Shown here piece by piece: positions 28,201 through 39,300 of a stretch of DNA of 64,000 nucleotides. Origin of the DNA: Tubulanus polymorphus (Eukaryota; Animalia; Nemertea); the NCBI RefSeq assembly GCF_964204645.1, contig NC_134031.1, forward strand, positions 3,906,001 to 3,970,000. Direction: 5' to 3'. The notes beneath the pieces are model-generated. The model had not been told where the DNA came from, did no database searches, and saw only the letters and a program-made list of their open reading frames with translations. Position numbers and translations under genes: made by a program. Each line of letters starts with the position of its first letter. Position 1 is the first letter of the stretch.

Positions 28201-28621
28201 AGCCGTATGCCTGTTAGTCAACACACTGGAGAGGAAAAATTTTCATAATATTATCTCCAGCACTTTCAGGGGTTAGCCTTATTAGTCAGCACTGAAAAGG
28301 TTAATTGTCAAACCATAGAGGGAGAAATGGCAGCAGACTAGATGACTTGACTAACTTTATGAGGACGGGATTTTCGATGAAATGATCATTCGGGAAACTT
28401 TCCACCCAGGCTTTCTGTCTACTGTTGAGTAAGCCATTCAGCGGTTCTCGGTGAACAATCGGAATTCCTCCCTCCGGCACGACGACCTTGACGCCTCCTT
28501 TCCGTTTACGTTTTTCCTGCGCTTCATTCAACGTATTTACGAGTTGGACTTCGGCGTCGAATATTTGTCTGTAGACTTTACCGCTTTGCACCGGACGAAC
28601 TGGTAATTCCGCTTGGGCCAT
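7218..28621 (-). CDS. CCDC180: Coiled-coil domain-containing protein 180 (CFAP76; DUF4455+DUF4456), about 30 exons
   Basis: Phase-consistent exons, e.g. 28356-28621 (VQSGKVYRQIFDAEVQLV), 27818-27906 (GREVENLPDVV), SDIIDRIAECRRER, 23067-23185, 14075-14322, ELVMHSERVQRHCKG, GGNFCPEEI, and last exon EEKRWTDSWAESVDKVKKLY*; the motifs match my recollection of CCDC180. Confidence 0.85.
11356..11578. mobile_element. MITE family B (cagggctgccaac...gttggcagc); second copy at 62928-63142
   Basis: The two copies align throughout (ctctgaaaag..gctat..agtaacaaattg; catcaaacaaa..caaatcagtatttct). Confidence 0.75.
12950..13137. repeat. Palindrome of two back-to-back tRNA-like (SINE-head) units
   Basis: ggcagggattcgaacctgatggcat...atgccatcaggttcgaatccctgcc, centred on gtgcgca-tgtacc-tgcgcac; each arm has an A-box-like TGGTCTASTGTGG and a B-box GGTTCGAA. 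Confidence 0.7.
16412..16501 (+). promoter_or_regulatory. Candidate promoter and non-coding first exon of the nested arrestin gene, with an X-box-like motif
   Basis: ATAACCATGGTAAC at 16412-16425 in a CpG-rich patch; donor G|gtaagc at 16501; matching acceptor tatttttcag at 19818. Confidence 0.4.
16597..16822. mobile_element. MITE family C (taggct...gataccttgtttctc TIR); second copy at 52989-53214
   Basis: TIRs gataccttgtttctc / gagaaacaaggtatc...tagcctta and a shared internal gggtagatag..cggccgggtcaa. Confidence 0.7.
18180..18467. mobile_element. piggyBac-like MITE (CCCTTT termini, TTAA-like flanks); inverted copy at 28023-28300
   Basis: ccctttcagtgc...gcactaaaagggttaa; internal sequence matches the 28 kb copy in reverse complement. 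Confidence 0.75.
18718..18824. mobile_element. Short MITE family D (ggNccagttcc TIR); inverted copy at 39438-39548
   Basis: gggtccagttcc...ggaactgggtcc termini; the copies are reverse complements of each other. Confidence 0.7.
19884..21050 (+). CDS. Alpha-arrestin (arrestin domain-containing protein, ARRDC2/3/TXNIP-like), intronless CDS nested antisense in a CCDC180 intron
   Basis: 388 aa ORF with Arrestin_N (YNPGEQIEG, GIHEFKFAYELQTDLPSSFIGKFGSITY) and Arrestin_C (DKSVYSPGEEI, GCDIIDVSYEL) motifs; AATAAA at 21240. Confidence 0.9.
   Translation: MGKISKLEIQLSHDIDEHYHYNPGEQIEGCILLGITDLFHLKSLSVTVTGMGSVSWTDSEQNTYQAQENYVDNTIQVAPVVDYGVTELSVGIHEFKFAYELQTDLPSSFIGKFGSITYVLKVSVKEDSKYGIASILTSEPFLVLNRQSLSAFIDNKSLTSKFERRLWSKSLRSGKISVILTVDKSVYSPGEEIVMNAEILNRSPKLIHGLTAMLLMHSTFSAQNHKHTHIQVVSKRRDNWQLSHGEGRRWKDAAITIPTYAPESRLDGCDIIDVSYELILRVDTAEKKEIKVVVPIAIFPKEGTKITNGDAAMVDFGDTFKSGATSHLTLDRATLQKIPLDKLLQLQCDDNELSYERPIDDGTLRINPLYNSLLPEQAVNKEDAVTPL
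21945..22266. mobile_element. Long-hairpin MITE/foldback
   Basis: gtccccgta...tacggggac ends; arms tacaaagtttaaa...aaaattaaaatca / tgattttaattttt...tttaaactttgta. Confidence 0.7.
27452..27486 (+). ncRNA. Minimal type I hammerhead ribozyme core (Penelope-like retroelement type) inside an inverted repeat
   Basis: CTGATGA-T-GGCTAA(tagcat)TTAGCC-GAAA-CGTT: both conserved boxes, a perfect 6 bp stem II, and the palindromic AACGTT stem III; stem I is weak. Confidence 0.55.
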
Positions 28622-28777
28622 AATTCATATCATCTCCTTCAACTGGAAATAAAACGTATATAGAAGCAATCGGGTGTTTGTGAGGTCTCGTGCAACAGTG
28701 CGCAAGTGCATGCCGGGTTAACAATTGCTGATAAATGATAACTTAAACAATTTTTGGAAAAATCATAGTTTATTTCT

Positions 28778-29021
28778 GGGTAAAAGTGCAGATCCGCAAC
28801 TCTTGCAATAGTTCAATCAATCATATTAAAGATCACTGTTTCAGACCCAGAATGTCATCAGCAATCCAATGCAGTGGTTTATTTTATCATAGTAAGTAGG
28901 TTTTTGCAATCAAACCCTGGAAAGCGAGGATGAGAGACCATACAATACAATCCAAATCCAAAGGGATTTGTTATTTACTAGATTGCATCAATCATGAGAG
29001 GTGCGGATCTGCGCTCTTACT
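28778..29021. mobile_element. MITE family E (gggtaaaagWgcagatccgca TIR); inverted copy at 36652-36866
   Basis: ~20 bp TIRs and shared internal sequence. Confidence 0.75.
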
Positions 29022-29407
29022 ACTTTTAGGCCCTATTCATTTCTCAAATTTCTGAAACAGAAAGTTTTTCATGACAAAAACTGATTAGCCTACCAATGAA
29101 TTGAAAACATCGCAAGGCCAAGGGGATGTGTAACAACAGACACTAGAAGCCATTGTGCGTGAAACAAGCGAACCACATGGATTTCCTAGAATTATTTACT
29201 TTTCGATGTATACAAATTTAATCAGCAATAAATTCAATTTGAATTTGATGTAAAGTACTGTGTAGCTGTTGTTAAAATTATTACGCTACTGAGATTGGAG
29301 AAGATTCTATAGGACTGAATCACAAAATATAGCAATAACTGTATATAATGGTAGACTTAGTATCTATTTTTCTATTAGCTATAGGAACTAATCGCAATTA
29401 AACTTAC

Positions 29408-29470
29408 AAAATGCAAATAAAAACGTAAACGACTTTAACGTTCCCAAAGCAACATATAAACACTTCCGGG
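29408..29470 (-). promoter_or_regulatory. Candidate CCDC180 promoter and non-coding exon 1 with RFX X-box and ETS-like site
   Basis: Minus-strand donor gtaagttt at 29400-29407, acceptor tttccag before 28642; GTTCCCAAAGCAAC at 29440-29453; CACTTCCGG at 29461. Confidence 0.55.
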
Positions 29471-30271
29471 TTTTACGAAAATATGCAATCCTTCATGGGA
29501 CGAAATTAGCGGTTACGACCTTGACAGTCTCGGAATAAATGACCGCAAAAAGGAATGAACCGAGAATATCCAGATAGCGATCTCCAGTTCCGTCAATAGC
29601 CAAAGTTGGGCCCGGCCGGTCAAATTAAAAGGGCCTTAATATCCCTGATAGTAGAACATCAGTATCCGAAGTACTATAAGCTTAACTTTTTCCATTTTGT
29701 CGACAAATATGATTGGTGCATTTCAGGGGGAAATACGCCAAATATTGGACAGATCAAAATGCCCGGCCTATTTGGACTTGTAGTCCTGGCTTCAAAATTG
29801 GCATCTGGATCAACCCAGCATAATGGTTAAGTCAAATAGTTTGAAATTGCATTGGATTAGAAATAAAGGGCCGGCGGTAGAAATTGGCCCGGGACGGCAC
29901 GAGGCGTTAACCGCGGCGGAATCGGGCTTGATTCAGAAATGAAATTAACGAAGGGCAAATGAAAAGTGTCTTAGGTTTAAATCAACAAATGTCACGTCTA
30001 ATTCTGAAGCAGATTCGGGTTGACTGAGCGATGCCAAGTCTCGTCTGCCTCTTTCAGTTATCACGCTATGACAGAATATTCCAAGTTTCGCTGTTACTGA
30101 TTTCAATGAGTGATGATGCATATCAAATATGATTCTGGCTCTAGTAGGCCTACTATGTTTATATTCGCCTCGTTGGCAATTTTTACTGGCTTCGTTGTAT
30201 TTGAGCATATTGCGTGCATGCGATGGAGACATCGGATATGTGCTGAGTCGTGTTTGTAGCAGCTGAACGCA

Positions 30272-31318
30272 ATGAACAACAGTAGTACTGCTGCTAATGT
30301 TAGCCTTGCCACCCGCTTTCATGGACTGGACCATGTACGTGAAGCCACCGTTTTTCTGGAGCGATTTGTGTATCTGCCCATGCTCTTGTTTGGTTTGATC
30401 AATAATGCATTGATAGTGGTGGTTTTTTTGCGTCACCGCGAATTCACCAAACCAGGCATCATCTATCTTTGTTATCTGGCGTGCATCGACTGGATGATTA
30501 TATTTATAAACGTTATGTTCTGGTTTGATCGTGGTCTATCGTCTTTTGGTTGGAACAGCTTTGACTTCGCTGGTTTGAATAACTTCACTTGTAAACTCAC
30601 ATTTTATGTGTACTATTTTTGTTTATCTCTGTCCGCATTTGTAACAATGGCGATGACTTTCGAGCGATTTATTGCAATAAAATTCCCATTATTCACGAAA
30701 CGTCATTTAGGCCGGACACGATCACGGCTGAAGTATTTAACTGGCTTCAGTTTATTTTTGGGTATTCTAAGTATCAGAGAAATCTTCCTGTATGAAGTAG
30801 CTCCCGAGTTTGATACAGCAGGAAATAAATTAGTTTGTACTGAAAGTCGCTCAGTAGATTTAGATCTACTTTATGCCGTGACATTCATGGTTCCTCTTAT
30901 TGGCTATCATATAATTCCAGCATCCGTTCTTTTGATGTTAAACATTCTCATTAGTTACACGTTACTCAGTTTACGATGGAAAAGTGATGACTGTCAACAG
31001 CCGATAAAACGACAAGAAAAACTGATCAGTATTACTCTAATGGTTGTTTCGACTTTTTTTATTCTTTTCACTTTGCCACTAATATCGGGTATGATTTACG
31101 GACATTACGTTGTTCAAAATCCGCACCTAGTCACCAAACAGGACATGCAAAATTTGCTAGACCTTTTTTGGTTATGTTCATATGTTAATATATTCAATCA
31201 TACATTAAATTTTCCGGTATATGTAATAAGGCTGCCATATTTTAGAGCGCATCTAAAGGCTATATTTTGTACGAAGTGTAGATTTGGGGTACCTGTTACC
31301 ACCATAAAGACCGGTTGA
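30272..31318 (+). CDS. Intronless class A GPCR, FMRFamide-receptor/srw-like peptide or chemosensory family, copy 1
   Basis: 348 aa, 7 hydrophobic segments, GLINN (TM1), LACID (TM2), CKL...ERF (TM3), FTLP (TM6), NHTLNFPVY (TM7), N-glycosylated N-terminus. Confidence 0.9.
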   Translation: MNNSSTAANVSLATRFHGLDHVREATVFLERFVYLPMLLFGLINNALIVVVFLRHREFTKPGIIYLCYLACIDWMIIFINVMFWFDRGLSSFGWNSFDFAGLNNFTCKLTFYVYYFCLSLSAFVTMAMTFERFIAIKFPLFTKRHLGRTRSRLKYLTGFSLFLGILSIREIFLYEVAPEFDTAGNKLVCTESRSVDLDLLYAVTFMVPLIGYHIIPASVLLMLNILISYTLLSLRWKSDDCQQPIKRQEKLISITLMVVSTFFILFTLPLISGMIYGHYVVQNPHLVTKQDMQNLLDLFWLCSYVNIFNHTLNFPVYVIRLPYFRAHLKAIFCTKCRFGVPVTTIKTG

Positions 31319-31666
31319 ATATCATGAATGATAATGAATTGATGGAAAGTGAAACTATTGTCCCACGAAATATGTCTACCATCAGATTTTTACATTCTTA
31401 TAGTTGTTAGAAAACCGACAACCATAGAAAAGTAGTCAGTCACTTGTTTTTTTTTCTTTTAAGAAAATCAACGTGTGTAATTATATCTTGTTCATCCACA
31501 CACACACACGCATATCGAAAAGAAAACAAAACCTGTCCCTGTGATGTTGCTATTGATAGTGTTTTGATGTAGGACTGCCTATTTTACATATTTTTATCAA
31601 CTGTTAATACTAAACGATCACAACCGATTTTGAATTCGTAAACAATGAATAATTAGACTCAGTCAC

Positions 31667-33217
31667 CTATTAACTTATCCCTCTTTGACTGTAGCATGAT
31701 GACACCTAAATCGTTACGTTTTGAGTCATGATTTTAGATACAATTTTCAATAAGGATTAGTACGTCACATTGGAGTTGATAACTAGGTGGTTCAAAACTG
31801 CTGAAATCAAGAATACTGGGTTTCTTCCTAGAAATCTGCGAGCTTGGATAAAGAAACTTCTCGATGCATTACTGGACCATGTTGCGTGCTATGCCGCCCT
31901 GTCTTATATCTCTTACATGTTATAAGCCTCCATCGCGCGTTGTTGATAAAATGTATTCAATAGATCCGGTTGTGCGAACTCTTTTTGAAATTTCGCGTGA
32001 TGAGCAATGCTCAAAGGTATCTATCATCCACTGATACATTTTATGTATCAAAATTCATTTTTTTGTACTTTACCTCGGCTCGATTTTGTAAGCGCTGTCT
32101 GATAGAGCGCAAGCGGATGCTCCGGGTATACTACAATATGTAACGTATTTCTAACAGGACACTTGCCACATCACAAGGTTAGGAAATAAACATACAGTAT
32201 CTCCGCTGGTTGAGGTAACTGTATAAAATTTGTGCACTTCAGTGCGGGAGTACGCTTAATATTGGATTTTTGGACATCAAAAGTGCTCTTTTGGGACTTG
32301 ACAAGTCGTTCAAAATTGGCATCTGGATCCACCCCTGCAAAATGTAAAAACAGAAATTACATTGTATTAGAAATACAGGGCCGGCCCATATCCGACGGCA
32401 CGAGGCGTTGACCGCGCGAAGACTTTGCGCCCCATTTTTCATCTATTAACTTATCCCTCTTTGACTGTAGCATGATGACATCTAAATCGTTACGTTTTGA
32501 GTCATGATTTTAGACACAATTTTCAATAAGGATTAGTACGTCACATTGGAGTTGATAACTAGGTGGTTCAAAACTGCTGAAATCAAGAATACTGGGTTTC
32601 TTCCTAGAAATCTGCGAGCTTGGATAAAGAAACTTCTCGATGCATTACTGGACCATGTTGCGTGCTATGCCGCCCTGTCTTATATCTCTTACATGTTATA
32701 AGCCTCCATCGCGCGTTGTTGATAAAATGTATTCAATAGATCCGGTTGTGCGAACTCTTTTTGAAATTTCGCGTGATGAGCAATGCTCAAAGGTATCTAT
32801 CATCCACTGATACATTTTATGTATCAAAATTCATTTTTTTGTACTTTACCTCGGCTCGATTTTGTAAGCGCTGTCTGATAGAGCGCAAGCGGATGCTCCG
32901 GGTATACTACAATATGTAACGTATTTCTAACAGGACACTTGCCACATCACAAGGTTAGGAAATAAACATACAGTATCTCCGCTGGTTGAGGTAACTGTAT
33001 AAAATTTGTGCACTTCAGTGCGGGAGTACGCTTAATATTGGATTTTTGGACATCAAAGTGCTCTTTTGGGACTTGACAAGTCGTTCAAAATTGGCATCTG
33101 GATCCACCCCTGCAAAATGTAAAAACAGAAATTACATTGTATTAGAAATACAGGGCCTGCCCATATCCGACGGCACGAGGCGTTGACCGCGCGAAGACTT
33201 TGCGCCCCATTTTTCAT
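31667..33217. repeat. Near-identical tandem duplication, unit 776 bp (31667-32442 / 32443-33217)
   Basis: Direct comparison: I see only about three substitutions and one 1-bp indel. Confidence 0.95.
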
Positions 33218-34184
33218 GGGGTTCCACGAAGAAATCATTTCTAAGTGGTTGCATTTCGAATGGTCTGGAGATATTTGAAACCATAATTTTCCGGTATCAT
33301 GATTCAGGTCGATTGTGTCACTTTATTCATGATTGTTGCGGACCATAATTTTCTCAGCGCGTCTGTTTCATAGTCGATCACAAATACGTTTTCAGGGATG
33401 GAAGCAGGCCTAGCTTAAGTTTTTGAATAACCTTCAGCAAAAAGAAAACATCATCGGAAAAATTATTGGCCGCCCGGCTCTGCTGGCCCTGAAATAAGGG
33501 ACTTGGTTTTAGGCACGATCCCGTGTGATTTCCTAAAACGAAGACCTATACACGCAGGAAAACCCAAGGTCTTTATTGACTAGGATCTCTGATCCTCGTT
33601 TGAGGCATACCCACTGTATAGGAAAAAATTTTAGTCATCATAGATCAAATTTCCATGTTTGAAAATGAACGTGTACAACCAAGAATAAAACAATAAAGAA
33701 AAAAGAAAAAGAGACAATCTGTAACGTGACAAATACAATATATATTTGTCACTTTATAGATAGTATATCTTATTTCTATTTTTTCCCCAGTAAACATGGC
33801 GCAGTTCAGACGTTGAAAATACATCTTTTTACGACGTCGTGTGGATCTCATTTTCAGCATATGTAACACTTCTTCGTCGAGAAATTTGAAAATCGCGATT
33901 GAATCCGTGTCAAATACAATACAATACCTAAATTTCGCAATATTCAGAAAAATTGACTGATTAGCATCAATGAAGGCCAAGTGAAAAGTATCTAGGTTTC
34001 GCTGTTGCTGATTTCAGTCAGTGATATTTTAAAGTTAGTAAATATGATTCTGGTTCTAACACGATGTTGCTATTCTCCTCGTTGGCACTTTCATACTGGC
34101 TTTGTGGTTGTATTTGAGCATATTGCGTGCATGCGATGGAGACATCGGATATGTGCTGAGTCGTGTTTGTAGCAGCTGAACGCA

Positions 34185-35222
34185 ATGAACAACAGTAGTA
34201 CTGCTGCTGATGTTAGCCTTGCCACCCGCTTTCACGGACTGGATCATGTACGTGAAGCCACCGTTTTTCTGGAGCGATTTGTGTATCTGCCCATGCTCTT
34301 GTTTGGTTTGATCAATAATGCATTGATAGTGGTGGTTTTTTTGCGTCACCGCGAATTCACCAAACCAGGCATCATCTATCTTTGTTATCTGGCGTGCATC
34401 GACTGGTTGATTATATTTCTAAATGTTCTGTTCTGGTTTGATCGTGGTCTATCGTCTTATGGTTGGAACAGCTTTGACTTCGCTGGTTTGAACAACTTCA
34501 CCTGTAAACTCACCTATTTTGTGTATTATTTTTGTTTATCTCTGTCCGCATTTGTGACAATGGCGATGACTTTTGAGCGATTCATTGCAATAAAATTCCC
34601 GTTATTCGCGAAACGTCATTTAGGCCGGACACGATCACGGCTTAAGTATTTAACTGGCTCGAGTTTATTTTTGGGTGTTCTAGAGATCCGAGAAATCTTC
34701 CTGTATGAAGTAGCTCCCGAGTTTGATACAGCAGGAAATAAATTAGTTTGTACTGAAAGTCGCTCAGTAGATTTAGATCTACTTTATGCCGTGACATTCA
34801 TGGTTCCTCTTATTGTCTATTACATTATTCCAGCATCCGTTCTTTTGATGTTAAACATTCTCATTAGTTACACGTTACTCAGTTTACGATGGAAAAGTGA
34901 TGACTGCCAGCAGCCGATAAAACGACAAGAAAAACTGATCAGTATTACTCTAATGGTTGTTTCGACAATTTTTATTCTTTTCACTTTGCCACTAATATCG
35001 GGTATGATTTACGGACATTACGTTGTTCAAAATCCACATCTAGTCACCAAACAGGACATGCATAATTTGCTAGACCTTTATTGGTTATGTTCGTATGTTA
35101 ATATATTCAATCATACATTAAATTTTCCGATTTATGTAATAAGGCTGCCATACTTTAGAGCGCATCTAAAGGCTATATTTTGTACGAAGTGTAAATCAGA
35201 GGCACCGGTTAAGACTGGTTGA
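34185..35222 (+). CDS. Intronless class A GPCR, copy 2 (recent paralog of 30272-31318)
   Basis: 345 aa; about 17 substitutions plus a different tail versus copy 1; flanks also homologous. Confidence 0.9.
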   Translation: MNNSSTAADVSLATRFHGLDHVREATVFLERFVYLPMLLFGLINNALIVVVFLRHREFTKPGIIYLCYLACIDWLIIFLNVLFWFDRGLSSYGWNSFDFAGLNNFTCKLTYFVYYFCLSLSAFVTMAMTFERFIAIKFPLFAKRHLGRTRSRLKYLTGSSLFLGVLEIREIFLYEVAPEFDTAGNKLVCTESRSVDLDLLYAVTFMVPLIVYYIIPASVLLMLNILISYTLLSLRWKSDDCQQPIKRQEKLISITLMVVSTIFILFTLPLISGMIYGHYVVQNPHLVTKQDMHNLLDLYWLCSYVNIFNHTLNFPIYVIRLPYFRAHLKAIFCTKCKSEAPVKTG

Positions 35223-36342
35223 ATATCTATATTCGAATTGATGAAAAGTGAAACTATTGTCCCACGAAATATCTCTTCCAACAGATTTACACTTTGGTAG
35301 AAAAACCCACAACAAAAGAGAAGTAGTCACTCACTTATCTTTTAGAAAATCAACGTGTGTAATTATTTCTTGTTCCATCACACAAACATCGCATATCGAA
35401 AAAGAAAAAGCTGCCCCCTGAGCATGATGACACTCGTCTCGTTCATGACTATGACTACAATTGTAATAGGGATTAGTACGTCAGATTGGAGTTGATAACT
35501 AGGTGGTGTTAAACTGCTGATGCTGGGTTTCCTCCTAGAAAAATACGCTCGTGTGCCCCTACCTTTACTGGCCCATGTTAAGTGTTATGGCTATACCCTG
35601 TCATAAGCCTCCATTGCGTGTTGTTGATGAAATTAATTCAAGGTTCAGTTTTGCGAACTCTCTTTAAAATTTCGCGTGATAAGCAATGCTCAAAGGTATG
35701 GAAACGAAAGAAATCCCACAATAACGAAGCTAAGATTGAAAAATTCTATATCAGAATGATTATATTTATATATAATGATTATTACGAAATGAAGTTATTT
35801 TTCTTGTGGGGTCTCAACACGACATCAGGGTGGCGTAGGCATGGTAACAATGTTCAAATTCAAGAAATTTCACAAAATGGAGGATTTTCTCTCTCATTCG
35901 ACTGAATTAAAGGAGACTTTTGAGCAATCCTTCTAATTGGTACAGAACTGGAATAATATCGGATATTCAGTTGTTGTCCGCGATTTTTGACATTCTGTTA
36001 AGACATAAATGAGGTATGTACCCCAAAAAGTAAGCAAAATATCCCAGAAAAACAGGTCTCATCAATTAATAAATAGACATTGATTACTAAAAAAAGTAGA
36101 TTGTGTTAGATCAGAAGAGTGGAGCAGCGTAATAAATGATTAATGTAACTTGATGAATGAGCAATGATATTTGTATTTTCCTACTTTTGATAAGATGTAT
36201 CGCACTGTCTTAAGACTCAACAAAGTTTCTTGTATCTTGTATCTTGTGTTGCCTCAACTGGGATTCGAAGCCTCCCTTGACGGTGCACGGAATGCACTGT
36301 GCCCTGCTTCATTGTGGCGAACCGTCACCTGTATGCCGCAAA

Positions 36343-39300
36343 ATGGCGTCTGTAAATACCCCGAACAGAATACTTGAAATTATCGAGCATTTGCCGCAAT
36401 CTGACGACGTTATTTCAGACTTGCAACAATTGAAAATCGCAGTATCTAATACTTCAAACGGCTGTCTTAAAGATATCGTCAACAATACGTCGCTGAACTC
36501 GCTATATGAGCTGTTAGATTCGCAAAACAGGTAGAAAACTTGAAAAAGACCTGATCAATCTAAAAATCAGCATCATGACTAATCATTATTGACATTGTAT
36601 TTTTCACTCTCCTTGGCGAACACTATTACAAATCCTGAGCAGTAGGAATCTGGGTAAAAGAGCAGATCCGCACCTCTCGTGATTGACGCAATCTACTGAA
36701 TGACAGAATCCAGGTTAAATCTTGCCAGTGAAGATATAGGCCTATTATTAGAATTAACCAATGGCAATGTACTGAATTGCTGATGACATTTCGAATCTGA
36801 AACAATGATATTTAGTGTAATTGATTGAACTGTTTACGCGGAGAGCTGCGGATCTGCACTTTTACCGCAATCTGTAGCCTGTAGCCGTGAAGTACCCAAT
36901 AGCGGTCATCCTTATTACCGAGATGACGTATTTTACCGAGATCAACCGAGATGAAATGAAATATAACATATTTATTTATTCCTTATCGATTTTAACAATT
37001 GAAATCATATTATATCGGTAATAAATGCCTGCTGGAGTCATATTTTACATATTTTGTCGGATATTTTTGTAGAAAAATAACTTAACTTTACCGAGATGAG
37101 ATCGTCGATACAATCAAATTCAATGAAATTTTATTGCTAACCGAGTTTACGTATTTGAAGTCAAAATTTTTTTAAATAAAAAAAATATGTAAAATATGAC
37201 TCTAGAAGGTATTTATTACTGATATAACATGATTAAGTGTACTCATACAACATGATTAAGTGCTAAAATCGATAAGGAATAAATAAATATGCTATATTTC
37301 ATTTCATCTCGGTTCGTCTCGGTTCATCTCGGTAATAAGGATGACCCCCCAATAGCTTATCATTTTCATCAATTTTGTTTCAGCGAACAGGTCGAACTAT
37401 GCTGTCAAGTTTTGTCTCATTTAATGTCATCGGTCGACGCGAGTGTTATACTCGTGCAGTATCAGAACGTATTATCAGATGGATTGAATCATAACGCACC
37501 ATCAGTTCGCCTTCTCTGCATTCATCAGGTTAGTTGTTAATCACTATCAAGCAGGTTATTTCTGTTTCAGCTCGGAATATCTGTCATAGAAACTTAGTTT
37601 CTGACTTGTCAACCCGGGTCCTTTACTTAACCGAGTAGGTTGCATCCCGCAGAGAACGGGATAGAAATAAGATATAATCTAGGTCCTGGAAATCATATAT
37701 GAACACAGTGGCCACTTACCTTGAAATCAGAGACATCGCTGAAATGTGTGTCTGTCACGATGACAAAATTGTTAGATAAGGTTTATTTCTATGAATCTAG
37801 GGACGAACAGTCCTACCAAATTATTAAGTGAAGGACCAGGGTTTCTATTTGTAAGTGTAATTAATCATCAGGGGCAGGTGGTGTAGTCACAGCTTAAGAT
37901 TTAAGACCACTCTTGGACTGAAGCCACTAAATAGCAATGAGCCCCTGAAATACCGATATTTAAAAAACGTGTACATCAGTACTTGAGTGTTGTTGAATTG
38001 TTATATCCATGTCGTTTTATTCATGATGTTAGGTTACCTTTATCGTATTACAGCTACAAAGAGTTTGTGACGACGCGATTCAACAGATATCTTCATACAA
38101 GGATATCCTCAATAAAGTGATCAATCTTTTAGGAGATGATGTACTGTTAGTTGCCAAAGAAGTTAACAAACTGCTCAAACAGTGGTGTAAGTAGACAAAG
38201 TGCATGATCAGTTTAATCCAAATTTTTGATTCGATCCATTCATTGTTCCTAAAAATATCTAGCTTTTTGAAAAAAGGGGCACACGTCGAATATTGGGTCT
38301 CTACTTACACGCGTGTGTGGCCTGTGATGACAAATTATCAGCAAGTGCCGCAGGTGTAAGGAACCAGAAGCTGGGGTCCGCCTCAAGAAATTTTTAAAAA
38401 ATTAGATGCAGTTAGGTACATTCTGAACACTGCTGGTTGAAATAAGGTATCAAATGTGCTCACAATTTCACCATTTTGCTGTCTGAAAATACTCATTTTT
38501 ATCCCCACTGGATTTAATGAGGAATCTATGCTATGAGATTAATGTTCATATTAAAAAGTTGATTCAGCTGAACCAAGATCTGTCTCTAAAACATTCGAAC
38601 CATTTTATCTTAGATTTCTAACTTGTAATGCTGTTGTTTTTGTTCTAGGTGGTAGCCGGGAAACCTTGGATATGTTGTTGAGTGGTCCGGTTTTTGAAAC
38701 GATGAATTCATTGATGCAGAAATCGGATACTATTCGTTATCGGGTATATGAGGTATGAAATTCAATCATCTCTGAAATAGGGACATCTATTTCTTTTTCC
38801 GATTTATAGTACGGCAAACTAGTATTCAATTCCTTAATGATCCTTCAAAAAGTTGGAATTAACACATATTTTGAGCATGTTCGGATCCGCATGGATAAGC
38901 CGCTAAGATGAACATATGAGATAGACTTTACTGGAACCACAATAGCAATGCGATGTTTGAAAACGTGATGATAATCTGTATTTCCAACAATTTTTATAAT
39001 CGTATATATGTTGATATCAGTTCAGTCTATATTGATAACATACTATGTGCATACTGAAATATTATCCTAGCCTACTAGTAGAAAATATTGAAAATTATTT
39101 AACCTTACAGCTGATAGTAGATTTGGCGAATGGATCCGAGAGTGCCATGCAGCAGTGTCAAGCCAGCGGCGTTCTGGATCTGTTGATCAATGAGATTTAT
39201 AAGGATGATTTGCTCGTGCAGCTGAACTGTTTGGACCAGCTAACGGACATCGCAATGACAGAACACGGTCTGCAATTTCTTATCAAACAAGGCATCGTGT

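Noticed and set aside
29945-30436. 163 aa antisense ORF overlapping the GPCR start, partly repeated at 34056-34349
   Set aside because: Truncated in the second copy; similarity is explained by the duplication
36780-36806. CTGATGA...GAAAC hammerhead-like motif (also 12321)
   Set aside because: No consistent stem II in the second MITE copy; the 12321 instance lacks GAAA
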